A DNA stretch of 64,000 nt from an uncultured Fibrobacteria bacterium. GTDB lineage: Bacteria; Fibrobacterota; Fibrobacteria; UBA11236. The stretch covers positions 352,001-416,000 of the forward strand of contig OY970309.1 in the NCBI GenBank assembly GCA_963716395.1, in the 5' to 3' direction. A program made the position numbers and the translations under genes. This document shows positions 54,314-64,000 of this stretch, piece by piece; position 1 is the first letter of the stretch; every line of letters starts with the position of its first letter. Below the pieces are notes generated by a model. It made no database searches and had not been told where the DNA came from. It saw only the letters and a program-made list of their open reading frames with translations.

Positions 54314-55242
54314 TACGAAGCCCTCACGCGCGGATCGAACCAGGCGTAGAGCAGGTCGCCCGCGATGTTGGCGCCGAGATAGAGCACGGCGCCGATGAAG
54401 GTCATGGCCTTGATCACCGGCAGATCCGAGGCGTTGATGGCATTGACGCTCATGTTACCCAGGCCGGGAATGCCGAAGAAATTTTCCAGCAGCAACGACC
54501 CCGTGAAGAGCATGGGCAAATCCATCACCGCCAAGGTCAGAATGGGAATCATGGCGTTGGGCAGCACGTGGCGCGCCAGCACCCGGGGCCAGGCCAGGCC
54601 CTTGGCGCGCGCCGCGATCACGTAGTCGCGCCGCATCTCCTCCAGGAACACGGCGCGGTAGAACCGCACCGTCGACCCGAGCGACGATGCCACCCAAATC
54701 AGGATCGGCAGGGCCAGGTACGGCACGCCGGCCACCCCCGGCTCCCAGCCCGAGATGGGAAACCAGTCGCGGCGGAAGGCGAAGAGGTATTGCGCCGCGA
54801 TGATGAAGGCCAGCATGCTGATGCTCATGCCGCACACCGACAGCACCACCAGCAGCCGGTCGGGCCAGCGGCTGCGGTACAGCGCCGAGGTCAGGGCGAT
54901 GCCGACGGAAAGCAGGGTCGACAGCGCAAAGGCCGGCAACGCCAGCGACAGCGACGGCCAGAGCCCGTCGCCGATCATGGCGGCGATGCGCTGCTTGGTT
55001 TCCCACGAGCGGCCGAAGTCAAGGCGCAACAGTCCGAAGAGATCATCGCGGTATTGCAGCCCCCACGGCCGATCCAACCCCATTTGATGGGTGAGCCGGG
55101 CGATTTCCGCGGCGGTGGCGTTCTTGCCCAGCATGCGGTATACGGGATTGCCGCCCACGACGTGGAACAAAAGGAACAGCAGTAAGGTGATGCCCAGCAA
55201 AGTGGCGGCGGCGTGCAGCAGGCGGCGCGCGAGATAGTTCAT
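54313..55242 (-). CDS. Peptide/nickel ABC transporter permease (DppB/OppB-like)
   Basis: GLDRP..QY, LDFGRS, DYVIAARAKGL..HVLPNA, ENFFGIPGLG, DPRVR. Confidence 0.92.
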   Translation of the reverse strand: MNYLARRLLHAAATLLGITLLLFLLFHVVGGNPVYRMLGKNATAAEIARLTHQMGLDRPWGLQYRDDLFGLLRLDFGRSWETKQRIAAMIGDGLWPSLSLALPAFALSTLLSVGIALTSALYRSRWPDRLLVVLSVCGMSISMLAFIIAAQYLFAFRRDWFPISGWEPGVAGVPYLALPILIWVASSLGSTVRFYRAVFLEEMRRDYVIAARAKGLAWPRVLARHVLPNAMIPILTLAVMDLPMLFTGSLLLENFFGIPGLGNMSVNAINASDLPVIKAMTFIGAVLYLGANIAGDLLYAWFDPRVRAS

Positions 55243-57035
55243 CGCGACTCCAGCCGGGAGCGGCGCAAGGTCGGATCGAGCCGCAGGTATTTCACCGGCG
55301 CCTCAATCACGGCATGCGGCTGGTAATTGTGCACCCAGTCATAGGACAGATATTCGGAAATGCGGTGCGAAATGAAAATCCAGGGGCAATCTTCGGCCAC
55401 GATGGCTTTCATGCGCTGAATCAATTGGAAACGTAGCGGCGAATCGGACATTTCCGCGACGCGGCGGTACAGGCTGTCGTATTCCGGATTTTCGTAACTC
55501 GCGTTGTTCTCGCCCGGTGGATGGTTGGGGCCGTACAAAAGCTGGAGAAAGTTTTCGGGATCGGGATAATCGGCCATCCAGGCCGCGCCGACCAGTTGAA
55601 ATTTGCGCTGGCGCAGCCGTTCCAGATACTCGGGCCAGGTGCAGGATTCGACCTTAACCTTGATTCCCAAGGCGGCCATCTCCTGGGCAAAATACTCTCC
55701 GGCCTGCCGGGCGTCGGTGCTGGCCAAGGTCAGATAGCTGAAGGTCGGCAGCCCGTGGCCCTGCGCGAATCCGGCCGCGGCCAGACGCGCTTTGGCCGCG
55801 GCCAAATCGAAATGGGCATACGGACTGTGAAAGGCGCTGTCATACCCGAACATGCCCGGCGGGAGCAGGCTTTGCGCGGGAATGCCGCGGCCGTTGGCGA
55901 AGCGATCGATGAAGGTTTTGGCGTCGTAGGCGAGTTGCATGGCCTGCCGCAGTTTCCGGTGCCGGCCCAACACCGTATCCTGCATGTTCAGGCAGATATA
56001 GGCCACGTCGAGCTCCGGCATGCGCTGCACACGAATGCCTTGGGCTGCCAGCGCGCCCCGCACGTGGCGGTCGGGCGTCATGGCCTGGCCGTAATTGTCT
56101 TTGGGAATGGCGCTGCGGTCGAGGTTGCCGCGCAGAAAATTGAGCCACATGGGCTGGGCCTCGTTGTAGATGTAGAACTCCACGCGATCGATGAAAGGCA
56201 GCGGCCGGCCCGCGTCGGCCAACAGGCCCGCGGCGCTATCCGCGGCCGTCCCGACGGTGGGATAGAAGCCGTGGTGGTAATTGGGGTTGCGCACGAACAC
56301 CAGCCGCAGGCCGTGCCGCCATTCTTGTAACCGGTACGGACCGGTGCCCACGGGATGATTCAAAAACTCCGGGCCATAATACTCGACCGCTTCGCGGGCC
56401 ACCACCGCGCAATAGGGCATGGCCAATATGTATTGGAAATACGGACAGGGCCGGGTGAGCTCGATGCGGAGGGTAGTATCATTCAAGGCACGTAACCCGG
56501 GAATGACCTGCCGGTACAGGGCCGGGTCCAGCGAATCGGGCAGCGGCGGCAGCCGCCCCGAGGCCCGGCGGAAGGCGTCGAGGCCTTTCACCTTGCCGTC
56601 GAAAATCCACCAGCCGAAGGTCTGGGTGCGCACGTCGACCAGGCGTTTGATGCTGTAGATGAAATCGTGCGCGGTCACGCGCCGCCCTTTGCCTCCGGGA
56701 AAACACGGGTCGTCCTGGAAGCGGATGTCGGAGCGGAAACGGATGGTATACACCGTGTCGCCGGAATCGACCGTGGGCATGGCCGCGGCCAGGCAAGGCT
56801 GCAAGGCGTAGGGACGCGCCAGATATTGATACTCGAACAGGCATTCGTACACCTGGAATTGGCATTGGTTGGAATAGGAATCCGAAGCTTGAGCCGGATC
56901 CAAAGACTTGAGGTTGGCGGCCAACGCCATGCGAAAGGTATTGCCGAGGTGACGCGAGGGCGTGCAGGAGAGCACGCCGGCCAGAACCACGGCCGACCAC
57001 ACCGCACCGCGCGCTCCGGACCGCATGCGGAACAT
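55239..57035 (-). CDS. Peptide ABC transporter substrate-binding lipoprotein (SBP family 5)
   Basis: Lipobox VLSC; SLDP, VTAHDFIYS, HPVGTGPY, WMADYPDPENFL. Confidence 0.9.
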   Translation of the reverse strand: MFRMRSGARGAVWSAVVLAGVLSCTPSRHLGNTFRMALAANLKSLDPAQASDSYSNQCQFQVYECLFEYQYLARPYALQPCLAAAMPTVDSGDTVYTIRFRSDIRFQDDPCFPGGKGRRVTAHDFIYSIKRLVDVRTQTFGWWIFDGKVKGLDAFRRASGRLPPLPDSLDPALYRQVIPGLRALNDTTLRIELTRPCPYFQYILAMPYCAVVAREAVEYYGPEFLNHPVGTGPYRLQEWRHGLRLVFVRNPNYHHGFYPTVGTAADSAAGLLADAGRPLPFIDRVEFYIYNEAQPMWLNFLRGNLDRSAIPKDNYGQAMTPDRHVRGALAAQGIRVQRMPELDVAYICLNMQDTVLGRHRKLRQAMQLAYDAKTFIDRFANGRGIPAQSLLPPGMFGYDSAFHSPYAHFDLAAAKARLAAAGFAQGHGLPTFSYLTLASTDARQAGEYFAQEMAALGIKVKVESCTWPEYLERLRQRKFQLVGAAWMADYPDPENFLQLLYGPNHPPGENNASYENPEYDSLYRRVAEMSDSPLRFQLIQRMKAIVAEDCPWIFISHRISEYLSYDWVHNYQPHAVIEAPVKYLRLDPTLRRSRLESR

Positions 57036-57104
57036 GCGCCCGAAGGTAGCAAAGGCGTTTCCGTCGCGCTTCGAAAACGCCGCTGCGATCGAATTGTATT
57101 TCTG

Positions 57105-58295
57105 TTATTTCGGTTCCGTGCTTGTCGCAGCCGGCTCGGCAGAGACGGGAAGCACCAACATTTCCGACCCTGCGGTATTCCAGCCACGCACCTTATGGCG
57201 GCCGTCGACAGTGATTCCGCCGTTCAACTCGAGCCAGGCCGACAGCCGAACCGAGGAGGCCGCCGCACGGAGGGGCCGTATCGCCGTGGCGTTGGACGGC
57301 AACGCGCTGTCGCGCGTATCTGCGAGGAATTGCTTGACGAAACCGCCCTCGTAATTTTGGCCCGTCAGCAGATTCCAATTGGGATCGAACATCTTGGGAT
57401 CCCAAACATTGTCCGCGCACCAGGCCGACCACCCGATTTGCATTTGCGAAAGCCAGATTTTGAACGGGTCGCCGAAGCTGGACTGTGTGCCGCTGGTGGG
57501 GATGGCCCCGCCCTGGATGTAGCCCCATTCGCTGATGAAGAACGGAACCACCCGGGCCGCAGCCGTGACGGCGCCGTTCGGCCCCCACAATTGGCTGTTG
57601 CTCTGGGGATAGAAATGGGCGCAATAGAAAATATTGGTGCCGACCACGGGGTCGGTGGCGGATCCTCCCAAGGTGGTGTTCCATTGCGGCCCGCCGATCA
57701 GGATCAGGTTTTGCGGAGCCAGGGCGCGCACCGCGTCATACCACGGTTGGGCGTAGCCGTTCTTCCACTGGCTCCAGGTTTCGTTGTCGGAATCTTCGTT
57801 CATGATTTCGAGGATCACATTGGAATAGGTCTTGATCTTGGGTGCGACGTACGTCCAGAACTTCACGACGTTGGCGCTGACGCTATCGGCCGTCGCAACG
57901 TAATGCAAATCCACAATGCAATAGACGCCGTGGGAGACGCACGCGTCCAAGGCAGGCTTGATGTTGTTATTGAAATACCCGTCTTCATTCGCGAAAAAAG
58001 GTTCCGGATCGACGCACAAGCGCAGAACGCGCGCATACCAACCGTTGGCGGCATTGGTCAAAGTGTCGATCATGCTGGAAACGTTCATCGACGATCCCCG
58101 GTTGCCGTTCATCTCCTCCAATCCGGGAAGATCGGCGCCGCGCAAGATCACGACATTTCCGTTCGGATCCTTGATCCATCTTCCGTCGGTATGCAGCCAG
58201 GGTGTTGGAATGCCGAAGGCGGGAAACAAAATTCCCGAGGCCGACAGAATTGCGGCCCACATGCCGGGCCGGCGGCAGATTTTGATCCCGTTCAC
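57105..58295 (-). CDS. GH5 glycoside hydrolase (cellulase family), secreted
   Basis: LHTDGRWIKD.NGNVVILRG, IVDLH, EIMNE, AHFYP, PFFISEWG, GWSAW. Confidence 0.88.
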   Translation of the reverse strand: MNGIKICRRPGMWAAILSASGILFPAFGIPTPWLHTDGRWIKDPNGNVVILRGADLPGLEEMNGNRGSSMNVSSMIDTLTNAANGWYARVLRLCVDPEPFFANEDGYFNNNIKPALDACVSHGVYCIVDLHYVATADSVSANVVKFWTYVAPKIKTYSNVILEIMNEDSDNETWSQWKNGYAQPWYDAVRALAPQNLILIGGPQWNTTLGGSATDPVVGTNIFYCAHFYPQSNSQLWGPNGAVTAAARVVPFFISEWGYIQGGAIPTSGTQSSFGDPFKIWLSQMQIGWSAWCADNVWDPKMFDPNWNLLTGQNYEGGFVKQFLADTRDSALPSNATAIRPLRAAASSVRLSAWLELNGGITVDGRHKVRGWNTAGSEMLVLPVSAEPAATSTEPK

Positions 58296-58418
58296 GCGTA
58301 ACCTCCGATGGAAGCTTTAGTTCCCTTCCACCGGATTTCGGTTCACTGGATTTCCCAGACTCGCCGGACCCGCACTCGACGGCGTCCCCGAATTTCACCG
58401 TTGCGGAAAAAAATCGAA

Positions 58419-60077
58419 TTACCCGCTGCCGTCCCAGGCGCGCAAAATGGCGTAGGCTTCTTCGGCATCGCGCGCGTTGGCGAGCTGCTTGCGCAGACCG
58501 CGGTTCTGCATGAGGCGCGCCGCCGTCGCGAGCAATTGCAAATGCGATCGGTTCTGTTCCTGCGGCGACAACAGCAGAAACACCACCTCGATGGATCCCG
58601 CGGCCTGCGCGTCCACGACGCCGCCCTGGCAAAGCCCGAGCGCCACCAACGGCGCTTCCAGGCCATCGATGCGGGCATGCGGCAGGGCGATGCCCTCGTT
58701 CAAAAACGTCGAACCCTGGCTTTCGCGTTCGCGCAATTTGACCAGCACCTTTTCCGGGTCGAGGCCGGCCTGTGTTTCCGCCAACGCGCGCGTCAACTCG
58801 CCCATCGCCTGCTCCTTGCCGATCGGATCGCGCCACACGCGGATGGCGCCGGGATGCACCCAACGGCCCAGCCCGCCTTCCGCAATCGGAGCCGCGGCGG
58901 CGACGGGCGAAAGGATCGGGCCCGACGTTTCTTCCACGGGCTGCCCCTGCGCGTTGCCGCGCGGGTTGATGACGATGAGGTTGAAGTCTTCGCCGTCGCG
59001 CAACAATTCGCCGGCCACGTCGTTTTGGCCGAACAGCCTGCGCCAGCGCGATTTCGACGACGGCTTGCCGATGATGACGTAACCGATGCGGTACTCTTGC
59101 GCGAAGCGCAGGATGGCATCGGCGATTTTTTCGCCCTTGAAGGTGAAGACGGTGGCGCCCAACTGGTTGGCCAAGGTTAAAATGTCGGCCATCTGCCGCT
59201 GCTGCGCCGCGTCGGCGGTAAGGGCGTCGTCTTGCAGGGTCTGCACGTGCACGGCGTACCAGTTGCGGTTGAGCCGCCCGGCCGTGCGCGATCCGTAACG
59301 CAGCAGCACCGCGTTCTCGCGCGGACGCGAGCCGAGGCACACCATCACCTGATCGGCTCCCGCGCGGTTTTTGTCGTCGGCCGACTCGCGCCGCTTGGCG
59401 TCGAGCTGCGCCGCCAATTCGCGCAGGGTCAGCTCGCGCAACTGCTCGAGATGTGCGTCCTGGAAAAAATGGCTCAGGGCCGTGGTCACCCGCGCCAGCG
59501 GATAAATTTTTCCGGCCCGCAGGCGCTTCTGCAAATCTTCGGGGGAAACGTCCACGTTCACCACCTGATCGGCGTCGGTCAGCACGGCGTCGGGCAGGCG
59601 CTCTTTGACCTGCACGCCGGTGGCGCGTTCCACGGTATCGTACAGGCTTTCGAGGTGCTGCACATTCAGGGTGGCGATGACGTTGATGCCGGCCGCGAGA
59701 ATCTCCTGCACGTCCTGGTAGCGTTTGCCGTTGCGGCTGCCGGGAGCGTTGGTGTGCGCCAATTCGTCGACCAGCGCCACTTCGGGCCGGCGCGCCAGCA
59801 CCGCGTCCAAATCCATTTCTTCGAGCGTGATGCCGTGGTATTCGATCCGGCGCGGCAAAACCAATTCCAAGCCGTCGAGGAGTTGGGCGGTGTCGGAGCG
59901 GCCGTGGGTTTCCACCAGACCCACCACGATATCGACCCCATCGGCCTTGAGCCGCTGGCCCTCCAACAGCATCTGGTAGGTTTTGCCTACGCCCGCGGCA
60001 TAGCCGAGATAAATCTTGAGCCGCCCGCGCCGGTCGCGGCGGATCATTTGCAGAAAAGAAGCGACCTTGTCGGCCAT
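58419..60077 (-). CDS. kdpD: Soluble KdpD N-terminal sensor + Usp domain fused to a PTS EIIA (Ntr/fructose-type) domain
   Basis: GRLKIYLGYAAGVGKTY, VDELAHTN, LNVQHLESL, LRELTL; Usp region; C-terminal RESQGSTFLNEGIALPHAR; no TM or kinase motifs. Confidence 0.85.
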   Translation of the reverse strand: MADKVASFLQMIRRDRRGRLKIYLGYAAGVGKTYQMLLEGQRLKADGVDIVVGLVETHGRSDTAQLLDGLELVLPRRIEYHGITLEEMDLDAVLARRPEVALVDELAHTNAPGSRNGKRYQDVQEILAAGINVIATLNVQHLESLYDTVERATGVQVKERLPDAVLTDADQVVNVDVSPEDLQKRLRAGKIYPLARVTTALSHFFQDAHLEQLRELTLRELAAQLDAKRRESADDKNRAGADQVMVCLGSRPRENAVLLRYGSRTAGRLNRNWYAVHVQTLQDDALTADAAQQRQMADILTLANQLGATVFTFKGEKIADAILRFAQEYRIGYVIIGKPSSKSRWRRLFGQNDVAGELLRDGEDFNLIVINPRGNAQGQPVEETSGPILSPVAAAAPIAEGGLGRWVHPGAIRVWRDPIGKEQAMGELTRALAETQAGLDPEKVLVKLRERESQGSTFLNEGIALPHARIDGLEAPLVALGLCQGGVVDAQAAGSIEVVFLLLSPQEQNRSHLQLLATAARLMQNRGLRKQLANARDAEEAYAILRAWDGSG

Positions 60078-60087
60078 GATCTGCGAT

Positions 60088-60690
60088 CTACCGCAACCGA
60101 TCCAAAGCCAGATTCAATTCCAGCACGTTCACCCGCGGCTCGCCCAAGATGCCCAAATCGCGCCCCTGCATTGCGCCGCGCACAATGTACTCGACCTGAT
60201 CGTCGCCCCGGCCGCGCGCCTTGGCGACACGCGCGACTTGCAGCAACGCGTTCTCCAGGGTGATGTCGGGATCGAGGCCGCTGGCCGAAGCCGTGACCGC
60301 GTCGGCCGGAATCACGGCCGCGGAATCCAAGCCGTTTTCCCGCCGGTAGCGATTGGCGCGCGCGTGGATTGAGTCCATCAGCGCCCTGGAGGTTGGCCCC
60401 AAATTGCTGCCGCCGGAACTGGTGGCGTCGTAGCCGCCGCCCGCCGCCGAAGGCCGCGGGTGAAAGTATTGGGCCGAAGTGAATTCCTGACCCAACAATT
60501 TCGATCCGATGGGGACGCCCTGATCGTTTTCGATCAGCGAACCCCGGGCCTGACGAGGAAACAGCGCCTGAGAAATGCCCCACACCACGACGGGATAAAT
60601 GCCGCTGACGAGAATCAGCAGCACCACGGTGGCAAGAGCGGAGATTTTGATTTCATTCCAAAAATTGATCTTGTTCATGGTTATGCCCAT
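60088..60690 (-). CDS. kdpC: K+-transporting ATPase subunit C
   Basis: [52 protein letters not shown]; alternative start 60678. Confidence 0.96.
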   Translation of the reverse strand: MGITMNKINFWNEIKISALATVVLLILVSGIYPVVVWGISQALFPRQARGSLIENDQGVPIGSKLLGQEFTSAQYFHPRPSAAGGGYDATSSGGSNLGPTSRALMDSIHARANRYRRENGLDSAAVIPADAVTASASGLDPDITLENALLQVARVAKARGRGDDQVEYIVRGAMQGRDLGILGEPRVNVLELNLALDRLR

Positions 60691-62705
60691 CCTAACAGGT
60701 TGACGGCCACGTCGATGATTTTGATTCCGAGAAAAGGGCTGGCGATGCCTCCCAAGCCGTAGATGAGAAGGTTGCGGCGCAGAATCGCCCCGGCGCCCAA
60801 AGGCCGGAACTTGACCCCCTTCAGCGCCAGCGGAATGAGAAGCACGATGATGAGGGCGTTGAAAATCACGGCGCTCAAAATGGCGCTGCGCGGCGAGGCC
60901 AGGTGCATGACGTTCAAAGCCGCGATTTCGGGAAAGGTGCCCATGAGCATGGCGGGAATGATGGCGAAGTATTTGGCCACGTCGTTGGCGATGCTGAAAG
61001 TGGTGAGCACGCCGCGCGTGATCAAAAGCTGCTTGCCGATCTCGACGATCTCGATCAGCTTGGTGGGGTTGGAATCGAGATCGACCAGATTGCCGGCTTC
61101 CTTGGCCGCCTGGGTGCCGGTGTTCATGGCCACGCCCACGTCCGCTTGCGCCAGCGCGGGCGCGTCATTGGTGCCGTCGCCGGTCATGGCCACCAGCCGG
61201 CCGCCCGCCTGCTCTTTGCGGATGAGCGCGAGCTTGTCTTCGGGCGTGGCCTGCGCCAGAAAATCGTCAACGCCCGCCTCTTGGGCGATGGCCGCGGCCG
61301 TGAGCGGGTTGTCGCCCGTAATCATGATCGTGCGGATGCCCATGGCGCGGAAACGCCGGAAGCGATCGGGCAAGCCGCCCTTGACGATGTCTTTGAGGTA
61401 AACCACACCCAGCACCCGGTGCGCGTCAGCTACCAGCAGCGGAGTTCCGCCGGCGCGGGAAATCTTTTCCACTTCCTGATGCACCTGCGGGGGGCAAGGG
61501 CCCTTCGCGAATTTGAGAATGGAATCCGCCGCGCCCTTGCGGATGGATCGGCCTTCGTAATCGACGCCGCTCATGCGCGTCTGCGCGGTGAAGGCCGCGA
61601 ACTCGGCGTTCGGGAGGTCGTGGATTTCGCGCGCGCGAATGCCGTAGTCTTTGGCCAGCACCACAATGCTGCGGCCTTCGGGCGTCTCGTCGGCCAAGCT
61701 GGCGAGCTGCGCCGCATCGGCCAGCTCTTGCGGCGTGACGCCGGGCGCGGGTAGAAATTCCACGGCCTGGCGGTTGCCCAAGGTGATGGTGCCGGTTTTG
61801 TCGAGCAAGAGCACGTCGACGTCGCCGGCCGCCTCGATGGCGCGGCCGCTCATGGCGATCACGTTCTTCTGCAGCAGCCGATCCATGCCCGCGATGCCGA
61901 TGGCGCTAAGCAGGCCACCGATGGTGGTGGGAATGAGGCATACGAACAGGGACACCAGCACGGTGACCGAGAAAAAGATGCCCGCGTACGATCCGAACGG
62001 CCGCAGGGTCATGATGACCGCCAAGAAAATGAGGGTCATGCCCGAAAGCAAAATCGAAAGCGCGATTTCATTGGGCGTTTTCTGCCGCTGCGCGCCTTCG
62101 ACCAGGCCGATCATGCGATCCAGAAAGCTTTCGCCCGCGCCCGCCGTCACCCGAATTTTGACGGCGTCGGAGAGCACGCGCGTGCCGCCGGTCACCGCGC
62201 TGCGGTCGCCACCCGACTCGCGGATCACCGGGGCCGATTCGCCGGTGATGGCGCTTTCGTCGACGGTGGCGGCGCCTTCGATGATTTCGCCGTCGGCCGG
62301 AACCACTTCGCCGGCCACGACCAGAACGATGTCGCCTTTGCGCAACTCCTCGGCCGCCACGCTGCGCGGTATGTTGTTGGCGTCGAGCAAGACGGCATTG
62401 GTTTGGGTGCGCGCGTTGCGCAAGGTCTGGGCCTGCGCCTTGCCCCGCCCTTCGGCGATGGCTTCGGCGAAATTGGCGAAGAGCACGGTGAACCACAGCC
62501 ACAGGCTGATTTGAACGACGAAACCCGCGCTCTCGCCGGTCTGGCGCAGATGGAAAATCTGCACGGTGGTTACGATGGCGGAAATTTCGGTGACAAAGAT
62601 CACGGGATTGCGCACCAGGTGGCGGGGATTCAGTTTTTTCACCGCCTCCCAGGCCGCGGCGAAGAGGATGGCGCGATCGAACAGCGAATTCTTTTTGCGT
62701 TTCAT
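60681..62705 (-). CDS. kdpB: K+-transporting ATPase subunit B
   Basis: [31 protein letters not shown]. Confidence 0.98.
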   Translation of the reverse strand: MKRKKNSLFDRAILFAAAWEAVKKLNPRHLVRNPVIFVTEISAIVTTVQIFHLRQTGESAGFVVQISLWLWFTVLFANFAEAIAEGRGKAQAQTLRNARTQTNAVLLDANNIPRSVAAEELRKGDIVLVVAGEVVPADGEIIEGAATVDESAITGESAPVIRESGGDRSAVTGGTRVLSDAVKIRVTAGAGESFLDRMIGLVEGAQRQKTPNEIALSILLSGMTLIFLAVIMTLRPFGSYAGIFFSVTVLVSLFVCLIPTTIGGLLSAIGIAGMDRLLQKNVIAMSGRAIEAAGDVDVLLLDKTGTITLGNRQAVEFLPAPGVTPQELADAAQLASLADETPEGRSIVVLAKDYGIRAREIHDLPNAEFAAFTAQTRMSGVDYEGRSIRKGAADSILKFAKGPCPPQVHQEVEKISRAGGTPLLVADAHRVLGVVYLKDIVKGGLPDRFRRFRAMGIRTIMITGDNPLTAAAIAQEAGVDDFLAQATPEDKLALIRKEQAGGRLVAMTGDGTNDAPALAQADVGVAMNTGTQAAKEAGNLVDLDSNPTKLIEIVEIGKQLLITRGVLTTFSIANDVAKYFAIIPAMLMGTFPEIAALNVMHLASPRSAILSAVIFNALIIVLLIPLALKGVKFRPLGAGAILRRNLLIYGLGGIASPFLGIKIIDVAVNLLGWA

Positions 62706-62715
62706 GTCAGGCTCC

Positions 62716-64000
62716 TCAAAAAAGTTTTCCGGAATTCATCATGAAATGTTCCACGATGGGGCCCATGGCCAGCGCCGGCAAAAAGGTCAAGCCGCCCACG
62801 ATGACGATGGTGCCGATCAGCAGGAGCGTGAAGGTGACTCCCGACACCGGGAAGGATCCGGCGCTTGCGGGGGCGATTTTCTTGCCGACCAGATTGCCCG
62901 CCAGCGCCATGGCCGGAATGATCATCCAGAAGCGGCCGATGAGCATGGCACAGCCCATCAAGGTGTTCCACAGCGGCACGTTGGTGTTGAGGCCCGCGAA
63001 GGCGCTGCCGTTGTTGCCCGTGGCCGAACTGAAGGCGTAGAGGATTTCGCTGAAGCCATGCGGGCCCGCGTTGTTCAGCGACGCCAGCGCCGTCTTGCTC
63101 ACCGCGCCGAAGGCGGAAAAACCCAGGATGGAGAAAGCGCCGACCAAGGTGTACAGCACCGCCACCTTCACGTCGTAGCCTTCGATTTTTTTGCCGAGGT
63201 ACTCGGGCGTGCGGCCCACCATGAGCCCGGCGATGAACACCGACAGCACGATGAAGATGATCATGGCGTACAAACCCGCCCCCACGCCGCCGAAAATGAG
63301 CTCGCCCAGCTCGATGTTGAACAAAGGCACCAGGCCACCCAAAGGCGTGAACGAATCGTGCATCGCATTCACCGCCCCGCACGACGCGTCGGTGGTGATG
63401 GTGGCGAAGAGCGCGGAGTTGAAAATGCCGAAGCGCACCTCTTTGCCCTCCAGGTTGCCGTCGGACATGCGGACTCCGAAGTCATGCAGCCTCGGATTGG
63501 GATGGGCCTCAGCCCGCCAGCAAACCATCGCCCCCACCAGAAACAGAATGGTCATGGCCGACCACACCGACCACCCGTGCTTTTGGTTTTTCACCATGCG
63601 GCCGAGGTAATAGGTGAGCGCGCTGCCGAGGGCGAAGATGGACAGGATTTGCACGAAGTTGCTGAGCGGCGTGGGGTTCTCGAAGGGATGCGCCGCGTTG
63701 GCGTTCATGAAGCCGCCGCCGTTGGTGCCCAGCATCTTGATGGCGACCTGCGATGCCATCGGACCTTGGGCTATGGTTTGCGCGAATCCGTCGGGGCCGG
63801 TCACGTGCGTGTAGGCCGCGAAGTTTTGAATCATACCTTGCGAGACCAGAAAAATCGCGTACACCAGGCAAATCGGCAGCAACAGGTACAAGGTGATGCG
63901 CGTCAGATCGACCCAGAAATTGCCCAGGGTTTTCGACGTACCACGCGCGATACTGCGCACCAAAGCGGCCGCAATGGCGATGCCCACGGCGGCCGAGAAA
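62716..64000 (-). CDS. kdpA: K+-transporting ATPase subunit A (5' end outside window)
   Basis: [54 protein letters not shown]. Confidence 0.97.
   Translation of the reverse strand, partial: FSAAVGIAIAAALVRSIARGTSKTLGNFWVDLTRITLYLLLPICLVYAIFLVSQGMIQNFAAYTHVTGPDGFAQTIAQGPMASQVAIKMLGTNGGGFMNANAAHPFENPTPLSNFVQILSIFALGSALTYYLGRMVKNQKHGWSVWSAMTILFLVGAMVCWRAEAHPNPRLHDFGVRMSDGNLEGKEVRFGIFNSALFATITTDASCGAVNAMHDSFTPLGGLVPLFNIELGELIFGGVGAGLYAMIIFIVLSVFIAGLMVGRTPEYLGKKIEGYDVKVAVLYTLVGAFSILGFSAFGAVSKTALASLNNAGPHGFSEILYAFSSATGNNGSAFAGLNTNVPLWNTLMGCAMLIGRFWMIIPAMALAGNLVGKKIAPASAGSFPVSGVTFTLLLIGTIVIVGGLTFLPALAMGPIVEHFMMNSGKLF

Overview
High-GC bacterial chromosome segment. The lineage is probably FCB-group/Fibrobacterota-like, inferred from Gram-negative LPS genes, several secreted proteins with T9SS-type C-terminal sorting domains and a FlgM-like gene. 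Most of the window is housekeeping: metX-metW fusion, mutM, rpmB, ispH, a waaA cluster, a contiguous groES-groEL-hrcA-grpE-dnaK-dnaJ cluster, an arginine succinyltransferase (ast) pathway split in two, a membrane pyrophosphatase, aspartate kinase, a peptide ABC transporter, kdpABC(D), GH5/GH53 glycosidases and three small toxin-antitoxin pairs. The standout feature is at ~30.7-37.6 kb: a large effector-like gene followed by four ~1.1-kb tandem cassettes. In each cassette a hypervariable AT-rich block (last ~40 codons of the effector plus the N-terminal half of a secreted MORN/YwqK-like partner) lies between two near-identical homology arms. This looks like a recombinational tip-and-partner shuffling array. 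Other notable items: a TA pair bracketed by a 38-bp duplication of the host gene's 3' end; a KdpD-Usp-PTS EIIA fusion lacking the kinase; a sigma54 activator with a degenerate receiver next to a sigma54 promoter and a 62-aa gene; many apparently leaderless genes; and a structured leader upstream of the ast operon. All family assignments come from motif recognition by eye; no searches were run.
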